Source: a virus. Taken from it: a stretch of 64,000 bases of DNA. The stretch's first letter is position 1; each line of letters begins with the position of its first letter. Of this stretch, positions 1-10,469 are shown piece by piece. Under the pieces are notes generated by a model. That model was not told the origin of the DNA, searched no databases, and saw only the letters and a program-made list of their open reading frames with translations. Where the stretch lies: IMG/VR virus record IMGVR_UViG_3300028025_000092; one strand, given 5' to 3'. The translations under genes and the position numbers were made by a program.

Positions 1-2
1 TT

Positions 3-1289
3 TTCTCATATTTTACCTCATTCGATGTTATGGGCATCGGGGAGGAAATAGAAAACAAAATACAAGATAGGTATAAGGAGATTTATAATCTTTTCGGATT
101 TAATGAGGGGATTTCTGGTTGGCATTTCTTTAGAAGTTTTCTTATCGATGGTATTTTAGCATTTGAGATAGTATTTGATACAAGGGGTAAAAACATTATT
201 GGGTTTAAGGAATTGGATCCTTCTTCCCTATTGCCATCAGTAGAAAAACAACAAGACGGTAGTTTTATTGAGTGTTGGATTCAATATCCTGATAATCCGG
301 CTCTTTCAAGAAAGTTGTACGATTCACAAATTATCTATATTTCATATGCAAAAGGAAATACCACAACTAGGGTAAGCTACGTTGAAAGATTAATTAGATC
401 TTTTAACCTGTTAAGAATTATGGAGCACACCAGAGTAATCTGGAACGTAATGAATTCATCATACAGATTAACCATGACAGTACCTGTTGGTACAAAATCT
501 CCTCAGAAAGCAAAACAAAGTCTTGCTGAATTGATGAGCATCTATAAAGAAGATATAAGATTAGACTCTGACAGTGGAGAATTATTTGTGAATGGAAGAC
601 CTAATATACAATTCTTTAAGAATTACCTAATGCCTTCCACTCCTAATGGAACTCCCGATATAACACCTTTAACCGGTAGTGGCGATGCTACCCCGTTTAG
701 TGATTTAAAAGCATTAGCATACTTTGCAGATAAACTAAAATTAGATTCTAAAATTCCTTATTCTAGATTCGACAGAGAAGATAGGGGAACACAGGGAACA
801 TTTAGTGGAAACGCAGAAGGACTAGATCAGGAAGAAATCAGATTTTTTAAATTTATTACTAGATTAAGATCTATCTTCCAAGACATATTACTTAAGCCAC
901 TTTGGGTTCAATTCTGTTTAGATTATCCAGAACACAGAAAAGACTTTATGATTAAAAGTCAATTTGGATTAGATTATGTAAAAGACAATTCATTTGCAGA
1001 AACAAGATATATGGAAATCTTAAACGCAAGAAAGGACCAGGTAACAAAGATTGCTGGACTTTTAGATGCGGAGGGTAAACCGTATTTTTCCATTAAATAT
1101 GTGCTGGACAAATACCTTGGAATGACGGATGATGATAGATTAGCTAATCAGAATGCAAAAGATGCTGCCTTAAAAAAGAAGAAAGAGGAAGAAGAAAAAG
1201 CATCTAAAGAAGCGGGAACAGAAACACCTCCAGCAGAAGGCGAGGAAACTCCACCAGCAGAGGGTGAAGAAACAGAATTTAAATTATAA
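3..1289 (+). CDS. Portal protein paralogue 1 (T4 gp20-like), 5'-truncated by the window edge
   Basis: Aligns along its whole length with the next ORF (FLIDGxLxFEIV, SYVERLIRS, IMEHTR, EEIRFxKFIxRLR), and these are gp20-like motifs. The frame is open back to position 3 (FSYFTSFDV-MG), so the true start lies upstream of the window. Confidence 0.85.
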   Translation, partial: FSYFTSFDVMGIGEEIENKIQDRYKEIYNLFGFNEGISGWHFFRSFLIDGILAFEIVFDTRGKNIIGFKELDPSSLLPSVEKQQDGSFIECWIQYPDNPALSRKLYDSQIIYISYAKGNTTTRVSYVERLIRSFNLLRIMEHTRVIWNVMNSSYRLTMTVPVGTKSPQKAKQSLAELMSIYKEDIRLDSDSGELFVNGRPNIQFFKNYLMPSTPNGTPDITPLTGSGDATPFSDLKALAYFADKLKLDSKIPYSRFDREDRGTQGTFSGNAEGLDQEEIRFFKFITRLRSIFQDILLKPLWVQFCLDYPEHRKDFMIKSQFGLDYVKDNSFAETRYMEILNARKDQVTKIAGLLDAEGKPYFSIKYVLDKYLGMTDDDRLANQNAKDAALKKKKEEEEKASKEAGTETPPAEGEETPPAEGEETEFKL

Positions 1290-1295
1290 TAATAA

Positions 1296-2987
1296 ATGGC
1301 AGGATTCATAGATAATTTTTCCCAGAGAAACCCCAACATGGGACGTATACTAAGGACTGTGAGTAAAATCGGATCTTTCGGGATGGAGTATAAGGATCTT
1401 GTTGTGAAAAATTCTCAAGCTATAGGGGTTTCAGAAGCTGCTATGAGACAAAAATTATCTCTGACAGATTCAGATGAGGATTTTATTTTCAATCTGGCTG
1501 CCCAAGACACATCAAATAGAAAATACATTGCTTATTTTGATAAAGATTACCCATTCAAAAGAGATTTTTTAAGAAGCTTTGCGTTAAATGCTGAGATCGA
1601 ATGGATTTTAGATATTCTAGCAGACGAAGCTATTGTTTATGATGATAGAAATTTTTGTTGTAATCTTTCCCTAGTTAATCTTGATTTAAAGGATGAAGTA
1701 GCGGATTCTTTAAGAGAAAATTTTAGAAAGATATATGTTTCTCATGGATTCAATAATGGTATTTCTGCATGGCAATATTTTAGACAATTTCTAATAGATG
1801 GATTTTTATCATTTGAAATTGTTTATTCTGATACTGGAAAACAGATAGTAGGATTTAAAGAATTAGACCCGACGTCTCTAACCCCTTCTATAGAAAGAGG
1901 ACCCGGCGGGGAAGCAGTCCAAATTTGGTATCAATATTTCAATGATAGTGTTAGGGAAAGAAAACTTTATGATGCACAGGTAATATACATTTCTTTTGCG
2001 AAAGGAAACACAACATCAAGAACAAGTTATGTTGAGAGATTAATCAGATCTCACAATCTTTTAAAAATTATGGAGCATACCAGAATTATCTGGAATGTTA
2101 TGAACGCATCATTTCGTCTTAAAATGACAATTCCTGTGGGATCAAGATCGCCGCAGAAAGCCAAAGAAACCCTTGGTGAATTAATGACCATGTATAAGGA
2201 AGATATAAAACTTAATACAGACTCAGGAGAATTAAGTGTTAACGGAAGACCAAATTTACAATTTTATAAAAACTATCTTTTTCCTGTACAAGGTGGGGAA
2301 TCACCTAAGATAGAGACAATTAATAGTGGAGGACCTAATTTAAACGTGATAGATGCTGTTGTTTATTTCTTTAATAAGTTAAAGGCAGATTCTAAAATTC
2401 CATTTAATAGATTCGCTGCTAGATCGGGTGGAACTGTTGGTACTTATAAAATAGGCGCAGAATCTGCAGAGAGAGACGAAATTAGATACAACAAGTTCAT
2501 TAATAGAATTAGATCAATCTACCAGGAGATATTACTAAAGCCCCTTTGGATTCAAATGACTTTGGATCATCCAGAATTGGACAACGATCCTGTTTTTAGA
2601 TCACAATTAGGTGTTAAATTTAACTCCGATAATCAATTCGGTGAATCTAAAGAAATCGAACAACTTATCAAAAAGATTGATTTTATATCAGGATTATCCG
2701 AAATTAAAGAAAAGAAGGGGGATGAAGAAATTCCATATTTCAGCCAAGACTTCCTAATAAATAAATTCTTAGATCTAACGAACGAGGATAAGAGGGTCAA
2801 TAGCATTTATAAAAAGAAAGAGGAAGAAGAAGGTAAAGAAGCAGCTGCAGCAGAACCTGCAGCGGGTAGTACTACACCTTCTGCTACCCCAGAGGCTACC
2901 CCAGCAGCTGAACCGGCAGCTGAACCAGCAGCTGAACCAGCAGCAGAGCCAGCGGCAGCTGAACCGGCACCAGAAGCCGCACCATAA
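1296..2987 (+). CDS. Portal protein paralogue 2 (T4 gp20-like) with an Ala/Glu/Pro-rich C-terminal tail
   Basis: EIEWILDILADEAIVYD, RDEIRYNKFINRIRS and other gp20-like motifs; 563 aa; ends in a PAAE repeat tail. Confidence 0.88.
   Translation: MAGFIDNFSQRNPNMGRILRTVSKIGSFGMEYKDLVVKNSQAIGVSEAAMRQKLSLTDSDEDFIFNLAAQDTSNRKYIAYFDKDYPFKRDFLRSFALNAEIEWILDILADEAIVYDDRNFCCNLSLVNLDLKDEVADSLRENFRKIYVSHGFNNGISAWQYFRQFLIDGFLSFEIVYSDTGKQIVGFKELDPTSLTPSIERGPGGEAVQIWYQYFNDSVRERKLYDAQVIYISFAKGNTTSRTSYVERLIRSHNLLKIMEHTRIIWNVMNASFRLKMTIPVGSRSPQKAKETLGELMTMYKEDIKLNTDSGELSVNGRPNLQFYKNYLFPVQGGESPKIETINSGGPNLNVIDAVVYFFNKLKADSKIPFNRFAARSGGTVGTYKIGAESAERDEIRYNKFINRIRSIYQEILLKPLWIQMTLDHPELDNDPVFRSQLGVKFNSDNQFGESKEIEQLIKKIDFISGLSEIKEKKGDEEIPYFSQDFLINKFLDLTNEDKRVNSIYKKKEEEEGKEAAAAEPAAGSTTPSATPEATPAAEPAAEPAAEPAAEPAAAEPAPEAAP
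2841..2984 (+). repeat. Coding low-complexity repeat, (PAAE)n with 12-bp units
   Basis: ccagcagctgaa-like units encode PAAEPAAEPAAEPAA. Confidence 0.9.
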
Positions 2988-3022
2988 TACCTGAAACATT
3001 TTTTATAAACGGGGTTTTGACA

Positions 3023-3030
3023 TACATTTG
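3023..3030 (+). promoter_or_regulatory. Bacteroidota-type -7 promoter element (TAnnTTTG)
   Basis: TACATTTG lies 19 nt before the ligase ATG; the same motif occurs at 12918 and 26101. Confidence 0.6.
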
Positions 3031-3049
3031 AGTTGTAAAATTTAAATGA

Positions 3050-4372
3050 ATGAAAAAAGAACTAGAATTACTCCTCGAAATAGAAAGATCCACAGGGGAA
3101 GGATCACAGAAGAAAAAGCAACAGCTAATATCGGAAAATCTATCAGTTGAGCTAGAATATATTCTAGCTATCTGCTTCGATCCCTTTATCACAACTAAAC
3201 TCCATAAAATAGATTTTGAGGATAAGGATTGTAATGAAAATTCAAACCTTTACTCTGAATTTGTTAGTCTATGTGAGGAACTAAAGAAAGCACCTGCAAT
3301 AAACGACAATTTAAGGGCCAAAGCCGCACGTTTGATCGAATCCACTGGTTATCATGCAGAATTAAAAAAAGTGTTTGCTAAGGTGCTTACAAAGCGAATG
3401 AACATAGGCATAGGTGCTAAGCTCATCAATAAAGCAGTAGGTAAAGAATTAATTCCAGATCCCAGCTTAATGTTAGCTGAAGATGATCATAAAGCTATTG
3501 ATAAATGGGATTCCATTGTATGTGAGGAAAAATATGATGGGGTCCGCGTTATTTGCGCCATCGAAGAACGCAAAGCAAAATTCTACACAAGAGCCTTTAA
3601 TGAACTTGACACTAAATATTTAACCAAGATTGCAGAACAACTTTTGCATCTAAGTAGGGATCTTGGAGACATATTCTTCGATGGTGAATTAACAGATAAA
3701 GACAGAAAAAGTGTAAGCGGAAAAGTCAATCAGATTCTAAAAGGATCTCCTAAAGAATCTATCGGTAACGATTTACTTTTTAATACGTTTGATATTGACG
3801 GAATGGCTTCTATTAGGACAGGCAAGGGCGAAGCCCCATATACGATCAGAAGACAGACACTCGAAAGGGTTTTTGAATGTGGTGGGGAAACCCCTAATGT
3901 TGTTCTGGCAAGAAAATGGGAGGCTAAGACAAAGGAAGAACTAATGCCAATCTACGAACAAATAGTTGCTGGCGGTGGGGAAGGAGTTATTATGAAAGAT
4001 CCCTCACACGTATACGAATGCAAAAGATCTAAGTCATGGATTAAATTTAAAGAAGTTGAGGACTGCGATCTGGTAGTTACTGGATGGTATCCAGGAGAGG
4101 GCAAAAGAGAGGGTTTTATCGGAGGATTTACTTGTATGGATTCTTCGGGTGAATATCAGGTTAAAGTTGGATCTGGATTTACTGAAAAAGATTTAATCGA
4201 ACTTTCTAAGGACCCTAATGATATAATAGGTAGAATTGTAACAATTCAGTATAATGTTCCTATAGAGGATAAGACCGGAAATAAATCTCTTTTCCTTCCC
4301 AGATTTATCGAGGTAAGAGCGGATAAAACGGAACCAGAAAATTTAGTAATAAGATTTAACAAGAAAAAATGA
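3050..4372 (+). CDS. ATP-dependent DNA ligase
   Basis: Motif I EEKYDGVR, FDGEL, EGVIMK, WIKFK, KVGSGF and SLFLPRF. Confidence 0.95.
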   Translation: MKKELELLLEIERSTGEGSQKKKQQLISENLSVELEYILAICFDPFITTKLHKIDFEDKDCNENSNLYSEFVSLCEELKKAPAINDNLRAKAARLIESTGYHAELKKVFAKVLTKRMNIGIGAKLINKAVGKELIPDPSLMLAEDDHKAIDKWDSIVCEEKYDGVRVICAIEERKAKFYTRAFNELDTKYLTKIAEQLLHLSRDLGDIFFDGELTDKDRKSVSGKVNQILKGSPKESIGNDLLFNTFDIDGMASIRTGKGEAPYTIRRQTLERVFECGGETPNVVLARKWEAKTKEELMPIYEQIVAGGGEGVIMKDPSHVYECKRSKSWIKFKEVEDCDLVVTGWYPGEGKREGFIGGFTCMDSSGEYQVKVGSGFTEKDLIELSKDPNDIIGRIVTIQYNVPIEDKTGNKSLFLPRFIEVRADKTEPENLVIRFNKKK

Positions 4373-5313
4373 TCAATAACTTATTAACAGAGAAGCTAAG
4401 GCCTAAAGAATTAAAGCATATGATCCTTCCAAAAAGGATCAAAGATGCTTTTCAGAACGGATTGCAGCAAAATGTTTTATTGACGGGATCGCCAGGGTCG
4501 GGAAAAACTTCACTTGCTAAAATTCTATCAAACGATTCTCCAAGACTTTTTATTAACGTTTCTGATGAAAGTTCAGTTGATACTGTTAGAGAAAAGATCA
4601 CTGGATTTTGTTCTACCATTTCAATTATGAATGAGGAGAATGCAATGAAAGTTGTAGTTCTGGATGAGTTTGACGGAGCTTCTGATCAATTCTATAAAGC
4701 TCTAAGAGGAACAATGGAAAAGTTTGCTAAGAACACCAGGTTCGTAGCTACCTGTAATTGGATCAATAAGGTTCCTGATCCCATGAAAAGTAGATTTGAG
4801 GTTTTTGTATTTGATCCAATTAATAAAGAGGAGGAACAGGAGTTAAAAGAGGAGTGGCAAAAAAGAATAATTTTAATTCTATCCAAGCTTGGGATTACTA
4901 TAGAGGATAAAGCTTTAAATTCTTTTGTAAAAAGATACTATCCAGATCTAAGATCCGCTTTAAATTGCATACAGAGATGGCAGATACAAGAGATAACAGA
5001 GATAAACGAACAAAAGGTATCGGAGACTGCATGGGACTACGAAGAATTGTATGAAATGCTTTTCCAAAAACTAGACCCAATTAAGAGCTATCAAACTATA
5101 GCTGGACAATATTCAAATTCAGTTGGAGAAGTGATGGAATCTATGGGCAGAGAATTGATTGAATGGATCAAGGAAAAAAAGTCTGATAAGACCCAGATAA
5201 TTCCAGCAGTTCTAATACTTGTAGCACAACATCAAGCGCAGAGAACACAGGTAATAGATCCTGTTGTTAGTTTATTGTCTTTGTTTTATTCAATACAAAA
5301 ATTGACACAATAA
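4369..5313 (+). CDS. Clamp loader ATPase subunit (RFC / T4 gp44-like)
   Basis: EKLRPK, Walker A GSPGSGKTS, Walker B VVVLDEFD, SRF (SRC-like) and YPDLR. Confidence 0.92.
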   Translation: MINNLLTEKLRPKELKHMILPKRIKDAFQNGLQQNVLLTGSPGSGKTSLAKILSNDSPRLFINVSDESSVDTVREKITGFCSTISIMNEENAMKVVVLDEFDGASDQFYKALRGTMEKFAKNTRFVATCNWINKVPDPMKSRFEVFVFDPINKEEEQELKEEWQKRIILILSKLGITIEDKALNSFVKRYYPDLRSALNCIQRWQIQEITEINEQKVSETAWDYEELYEMLFQKLDPIKSYQTIAGQYSNSVGEVMESMGRELIEWIKEKKSDKTQIIPAVLILVAQHQAQRTQVIDPVVSLLSLFYSIQKLTQ

Positions 5314-5318
5314 ATATT

Positions 5319-5807
5319 ATGGGAGAACAAACACATAATACCGGAAAGATAGTTATAGTTGGAAGAGGAGGATCCGGTAAAGATTTTTTAAGGAAAAAAT
5401 TTGAGGATAGGGGATTTAAATACTGTGTATCCTATACAAGCAGACCTATCAGAGAAGGAGAAGAAGACGGGAAGGATTATAGATTCACCTCGATAGAATA
5501 TTTTGATAATAACTTCTCGGATTTCTACGAAATAGATAAATTCAATGGATGGAAATATGGCACATTAATTAAAGATTTCAACGATTCAAATCTTTTCATA
5601 ATGACACCAAGAGGTGTTAATAATATCAAAGGGGAAGATCGTAAAAAATGCTTTGTCATATTTATAGATCCACCTAGAGAAATTATAAAAGAAAGATTAA
5701 CACAAAGAAAAGATGCTGATTCTGCAGACAGAAGAATAGACGCAGATGATAAGGATTTTTTCGAATTTTCAAACTATGATATGAGAATATCAAATTCAGA
5801 CTTTTAA
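5319..5807 (+). CDS. Guanylate kinase-like protein
   Basis: GRGGSGKD, VSYTSRPIREGEEDGKDYRF and WKYGT. Confidence 0.85.
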   Translation: MGEQTHNTGKIVIVGRGGSGKDFLRKKFEDRGFKYCVSYTSRPIREGEEDGKDYRFTSIEYFDNNFSDFYEIDKFNGWKYGTLIKDFNDSNLFIMTPRGVNNIKGEDRKKCFVIFIDPPREIIKERLTQRKDADSADRRIDADDKDFFEFSNYDMRISNSDF

Positions 5808-5808
5808 T

Positions 5809-6939
5809 ATGGTTTCAGTTATTGTTGATGGGAACTACTTATTTCATAAGACGTTCGCAATATTTTCAGACTTTGGATCTAAACAACCAGCAGAGGTTCT
5901 TTCCCAAAGTGCAGACCAAGGAATGTTTATGAGAAAGATCATAACAGATCTTTGTTATTCTCTAAATCAATTGCCAATAAACGGCCACGTTATTTTTTGC
6001 AAAGATTCAAGATCCTGGAGAAAAAACCTGGAGATAAAAAGAGCAGAATACAAAGGATCAAGAATTAAAAATGAGAAAGTAGATTGGGGTGCTTTTTTTG
6101 ATTTAATGGATGAGTTTGGAAAATTTTTAGAAATTAATGGTTATATCTATTCTACCGCTCAGGGAGCTGAGGGAGATGATTTATTATGGTTCTGGAACGA
6201 AAAACTTAGAAATCTTGGACATAACGTAGTTATCTATTCAGGAGATAAAGATAGTCACCAATTGGTTGGGTGCGATTCTACCTGGACAGTTTGCTGGAAT
6301 GCTAATTCAAAAAACAACAAGATATTTTGTTCTCCTAACTGGAAGCAGGATTATCTTGATACAGAAAGAGAAACATCCATATTTAATCTAGATTTTGTCG
6401 GGGATAGTGAAAAGGAGAAGATGATTAATATATCAACATCAGCAACATTGGAATTTACGGATCCTCTAAGACTAACATTCGAAAAGATTTTAACTGGAGA
6501 TAAAGGAGATGATGTTCCTAGTGTATTTTCTTATGAAAAAACCCCAGGTAAAGTATTTAAACTAACACCAACAAAGGCAAAATCTATTTACGAAAGTTTT
6601 ATACAGTCTGGATGGGGAAATTCTAAATTAGAAGAAATTTGGAAAGAAGATGAATTTAAGGATTGGATCTCTGGATATGTATTAAGATCAATGTCTTACA
6701 CTGATAACTCCACTAATAGAAAAGAAGTTGCAGAAAACTATCACGAAAATGCTCAACTAGTTTGGCTTTCCGATCAGGTTATACCAGAACAGGTTTTAGC
6801 AGATATGGAATTTTCTTTTAAAAGCACAGATTTAACTGTTAAACCAGTTTTAATAGACAAGAAGAATCTAATAGGAAGATCCCGCTGGGACACATATGAA
6901 GCACCTTCAGCATTCAACCCCTTTAAGAGTTTTAAATAA
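5809..6939 (+). CDS. 5'-3' exonuclease / RNase H (FEN, T4 rnh-like)
   Basis: VDGNYL, SWRK..EYK, EGDDL, SGDKD and GDKGDDVP. Confidence 0.88.
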   Translation: MVSVIVDGNYLFHKTFAIFSDFGSKQPAEVLSQSADQGMFMRKIITDLCYSLNQLPINGHVIFCKDSRSWRKNLEIKRAEYKGSRIKNEKVDWGAFFDLMDEFGKFLEINGYIYSTAQGAEGDDLLWFWNEKLRNLGHNVVIYSGDKDSHQLVGCDSTWTVCWNANSKNNKIFCSPNWKQDYLDTERETSIFNLDFVGDSEKEKMINISTSATLEFTDPLRLTFEKILTGDKGDDVPSVFSYEKTPGKVFKLTPTKAKSIYESFIQSGWGNSKLEEIWKEDEFKDWISGYVLRSMSYTDNSTNRKEVAENYHENAQLVWLSDQVIPEQVLADMEFSFKSTDLTVKPVLIDKKNLIGRSRWDTYEAPSAFNPFKSFK

Positions 6940-7337
6940 TGGAATTATTCGACATTTTAAAAGCATTTTTTTCTGAAAAGCAGTGGGAAGAGGTCTCTAA
7001 GATTGATAAATCTAGAAATTTCTTCATGATAAATAGAATGATGAGCATTTTCTTCCCTCTACAAGCAAATGCATTTAATAATACAAAGATAGATCCTGTT
7101 CCTGTTATAGATTTTTGGAAGATAACTCTTAACAGGTCATATAAAACCCCTCCTGGTTGGTTCTTTACCGCAACTAAAAAGAAAGAGAAAATTAAGAATT
7201 TTGCACCTTCCGAAGAAGCTGCGAATTTTATAAAGAGCAGGTATGAGATTTCGAATCGGGAAATAGCAGAACTTGGTAAATACTTCCCTAAAGAATTCAA
7301 AGAATTTTCCAAAGGTATAGAAGAATTAGTAGGTTAA
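6939..7337 (+). CDS. Hypothetical protein in the replication operon
   Basis: Translationally coupled to the exonuclease (TAATG overlap); no recognised motif. Confidence 0.6.
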   Translation: MELFDILKAFFSEKQWEEVSKIDKSRNFFMINRMMSIFFPLQANAFNNTKIDPVPVIDFWKITLNRSYKTPPGWFFTATKKKEKIKNFAPSEEAANFIKSRYEISNREIAELGKYFPKEFKEFSKGIEELVG

Positions 7338-7357
7338 TCTAGGTTCTTTTTTTTGTG

Positions 7358-7365
7358 GATATATA
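7358..7365 (+). promoter_or_regulatory. Putative late promoter GATATATA
   Basis: Lies 19 nt before the fibre ATG; the motif recurs before many structural genes. Confidence 0.7.
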
Positions 7366-7384
7366 AGTAAAGTATCCATTTGAA

Positions 7385-9934
7385 ATGAAAGAAATAACAG
7401 ATTTAACTATAAACTCCGTATCATCAGCAGGTGCAAATTTCGGGTTAATAGCTGACCAAAATTTTAGCCAAATAAAAGATGCGATAAATCTTCTCCAGTC
7501 TACTTTTGGTATAACTATTGAAATACCTGGATTTGATTCACAAAATTCAAATTTTTTATTAAATAGGGTAAATGCAAATGCCATAAAACTTCCAACCACG
7601 GGAGCAGTTAAAATAGGTCTAGATGGTGCTAATGGGGGTATTACAGGTTCTTCTTTCAATGTTACTAATAATGCATATGTTGGTGGGGATTTACTTCTTT
7701 ACAACAAAAACGGTACAGGCGGTAGAGTAAAATTTAGGGTAGACAGAAACACAGAGGTAACCAAACCAGCAGAACCAGGAGATGTTAGATTTACTGGTAA
7801 TGCGTTTCAGGGATATGTTTATCAAGGAGATGTTTCTTCTAAATTTGTTTTTTCTATAAACTCTGGTGTATCTGGAGGAACTATAAGCGTAGTATTTAAT
7901 GGTACTACAATCACAACAACAACATGGCAGGGTTCAGTTTATCAAACCGGACTAAAAATCGTTGCTGATATACTTGCAATAGACACTACTTTATATCCGA
8001 TTAAAGCATCATCTGATACAACTTCGGTAACTGTAGAGTCTTTACCCGGATATTCAGCTGCTCTTAATGGCGCAACAGTAGGATTAACATCCTCTAATAT
8101 TTCAGTTACCCCATCTTCGGGGGAAATGCTGGGAGGAATAGAAGGTGCTAAATCCTGGGTAAATTTCAGTGGATATATTGGATCCACTGGTGCAACAGGA
8201 CCTGCAGGACCTACGGGAACAACCGGACCTACCGGTCCTCCTAACGGACCAACTGGACCTTCCGGAACCTCAGGATCATCAGGACGCTCTGGGACATCGG
8301 GATCTAGCGGATTAAGTGGATCCAGCGGGATATCGGGATCTTCAGGTACTTCAGGAACTATGGGTCCAACTGGACCAACGGGGGACGGAGGATCACAGGG
8401 ACCGAGGGGTGTGACTGGAGCAGCGGGAACCTCTGGAATAAACGGAACATCGGGATCTAGCGGAAGTACAGGAACATCAGGATCATCCGGAACATCGGGA
8501 ACATCGGGATCTTCAGGGACTAGCGGATCTAGCGGTACCTCTGGTGCGAACGGAACCTTCGGAACATCAGGTACAACGGGTACATCCGGATCAAGCGGAA
8601 GTACGGGAACGTCGGGATCGTCCGGAACAAACGGAACATCGGGATCAAGCGGAAGTACAGGAACGTCGGGATCTTCTGGATTAGCAGGTGACCGATATTC
8701 ATCTGAAGCATTTTTTGTAGATAGCGGACATACAACTCAATTATCATTAAATCTTAGCACGGTAACTTTAGGATCTACAATTTATTTTAATACCAACGAA
8801 TTAAATCTTGCATATACCATAGCACAAAGTGTTATTGTAGCAGTAGATGAATCTAATTTTATAGCGGGAAACGTACTCTCATATAATGAGACAAATGGGG
8901 AGATGTCAGTTTTAGTTACTGACGTAGAGGGAACATCAACTTACCCAGCAGGTGAATTTTTAGCAATGAATCTAGATGGTGCAGTTGGTCCTTCTGGATC
9001 ATCGGGAACTTCTGGATCATCAGGAACTTCAGGGTCTAGTGGAAGAACAGGATCTTCAGGATCTTCAGGATCAACCGGCACCTCCGGAACATCAGGTGCT
9101 GATGGATCTTCAGGATCTTCTGGATCTTCAGGATCTTCTGGATCAACTGGCACCTCAGGAACATCAGGTGCTGATGGATCTTCAGGATCTTCTGGATCTT
9201 CTGGATCTTCAGGAGTGAACGGATCCTCAGGATCTTCAGGATCTTCGGGGGTATCAGGATCTTCCGGATCTTCCGGAGCAAGCGGTACGTCTGGAACCTC
9301 AGGAGCTAATGGTGCTGCTGGATCTTCTGGAACCTCAGGAGCTAATGGTGCTGCTGGATCTTCTGGAACCTCAGGAGCTAATGGTGCTGCAGGATCTTCC
9401 GGGACATCGGGCGCTAATGGTGCTGTCGGATCCTCTGGAACATCGGGTGTTGGTGGTGCAAGTGGAACTTCAACACAGGTTGCATTTTTTACCGGAACAA
9501 CAACTCTAGGATCTGACTCTGGATTATATTGGGACAACACCAACAAGAGATTAAGTATAGGAGCAGGTACAAACCCAGCCTATCCTCTAGAAGTTGAGGG
9601 TAACGTTTCCAATATTTCAATCTATGCAGATTTTGATATTGCTGCTTTCTCCGATATTTCAGTTAAGGAAAATATAGAAGAAATATCAAACGCTATAGAA
9701 AAAATAAAGGAAATAAGAGGAGTAACCTTTACGAGAAAAGACTCAGAGGATAAAGCTAGAAGAGCTGGGGTTATTGCACAGGAGGTTCAAAAAGTTCTTC
9801 CAGAAGTTATAACAGAAAAAGAGGACGGAACCTTAATGGTTTCTTACGGGAACTTAGCTTCCCTGTTGATACAAGCAATTAAAGAACAACAGGTTAAAAT
9901 AGAGGAATTAGAATCAATAATAAAGAAGAGATAG
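7385..9934 (+). CDS. Collagen-like Gly-Ser/Thr-rich fibre with a C-terminal peptidase S74 intramolecular chaperone
   Basis: Two long G-X-Y tracts (GSSGTS, GPTG); C-terminus reads FSDISVKENI..IRGVTF..GVIAQEVQKVLPEV..LIQAIKE. Confidence 0.88.
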   Translation: MKEITDLTINSVSSAGANFGLIADQNFSQIKDAINLLQSTFGITIEIPGFDSQNSNFLLNRVNANAIKLPTTGAVKIGLDGANGGITGSSFNVTNNAYVGGDLLLYNKNGTGGRVKFRVDRNTEVTKPAEPGDVRFTGNAFQGYVYQGDVSSKFVFSINSGVSGGTISVVFNGTTITTTTWQGSVYQTGLKIVADILAIDTTLYPIKASSDTTSVTVESLPGYSAALNGATVGLTSSNISVTPSSGEMLGGIEGAKSWVNFSGYIGSTGATGPAGPTGTTGPTGPPNGPTGPSGTSGSSGRSGTSGSSGLSGSSGISGSSGTSGTMGPTGPTGDGGSQGPRGVTGAAGTSGINGTSGSSGSTGTSGSSGTSGTSGSSGTSGSSGTSGANGTFGTSGTTGTSGSSGSTGTSGSSGTNGTSGSSGSTGTSGSSGLAGDRYSSEAFFVDSGHTTQLSLNLSTVTLGSTIYFNTNELNLAYTIAQSVIVAVDESNFIAGNVLSYNETNGEMSVLVTDVEGTSTYPAGEFLAMNLDGAVGPSGSSGTSGSSGTSGSSGRTGSSGSSGSTGTSGTSGADGSSGSSGSSGSSGSTGTSGTSGADGSSGSSGSSGSSGVNGSSGSSGSSGVSGSSGSSGASGTSGTSGANGAAGSSGTSGANGAAGSSGTSGANGAAGSSGTSGANGAVGSSGTSGVGGASGTSTQVAFFTGTTTLGSDSGLYWDNTNKRLSIGAGTNPAYPLEVEGNVSNISIYADFDIAAFSDISVKENIEEISNAIEKIKEIRGVTFTRKDSEDKARRAGVIAQEVQKVLPEVITEKEDGTLMVSYGNLASLLIQAIKEQQVKIEELESIIKKR
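8168..8690 (+). repeat. Coding G-X-Y triplet repeat, tract 1
   Basis: 9-bp periodic ggatcttc/ggaacatc units. Confidence 0.9.
8978..9472 (+). repeat. Coding G-X-Y triplet repeat, tract 2, including 36-bp GANGAAGSSGTS units
   Basis: ggagctaatggtgctgctggatcttctggaacctca is repeated tandemly. Confidence 0.9.
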
Positions 9935-9938
9935 AATC

Positions 9939-10469
9939 ATGTCAAAATTATCCGAGGTAGACAAAAGGCTAATCAATGGTGTAATATCATCTATTGATTG
10001 GGATCAAATAGCTAAGTTTTACAAGATACTCAACAAAAAAATAGGGTATGAACAGGTAAAAATCAAGGGCATAACTAGAAACGATAAAATCACAACAGAT
10101 TCTCTACAAGAGGAATTATTAAGGGTTTTAGAATACGTTATAGACAACGACCTTCCTGAGATGTCATATGGTCCCTGGTTAATTATTTGGACAAATGGAG
10201 AATGGGAGATAATGGAAAGCATCCAAGCAGGTTTAGAAGAAAGCCAAGAAGAAATACAAATTCCTATTATGGAATCTAAGCTTCAGGTTCATTTTATACC
10301 CCAGACTGTTACCATGAAGGAAGACGTTGATCTCCCACAGGATTTTTTCGAGATGGACGATACCGTTATTTTAGAGGGGAGGCTCAAGACGTGCATTGAA
10401 CAAGAAGATTATGTTTTGGCTGGCAAGATAAGAGACGTAATTGAAGAACTTAACAAAAGAAAGAAATGA
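9939..10469 (+). CDS. Hypothetical protein with a C-terminal UVR (UvrB/C) coiled-coil motif
   Basis: IEQEDYVLAGKIRDVI. Confidence 0.65.
   Translation: MSKLSEVDKRLINGVISSIDWDQIAKFYKILNKKIGYEQVKIKGITRNDKITTDSLQEELLRVLEYVIDNDLPEMSYGPWLIIWTNGEWEIMESIQAGLEESQEEIQIPIMESKLQVHFIPQTVTMKEDVDLPQDFFEMDDTVILEGRLKTCIEQEDYVLAGKIRDVIEELNKRKK

Noticed and set aside
2775-3192. Cys/Trp-rich minus-strand ORFs
   Set aside because: They are the reverse complement of the PAAE repeat and the ligase start.
8529-9546. Alternative-frame and antisense ORFs over the fibre (for example 8941..9546 PEDPED)
   Set aside because: These are shadows of the G-S-S codon repeats.
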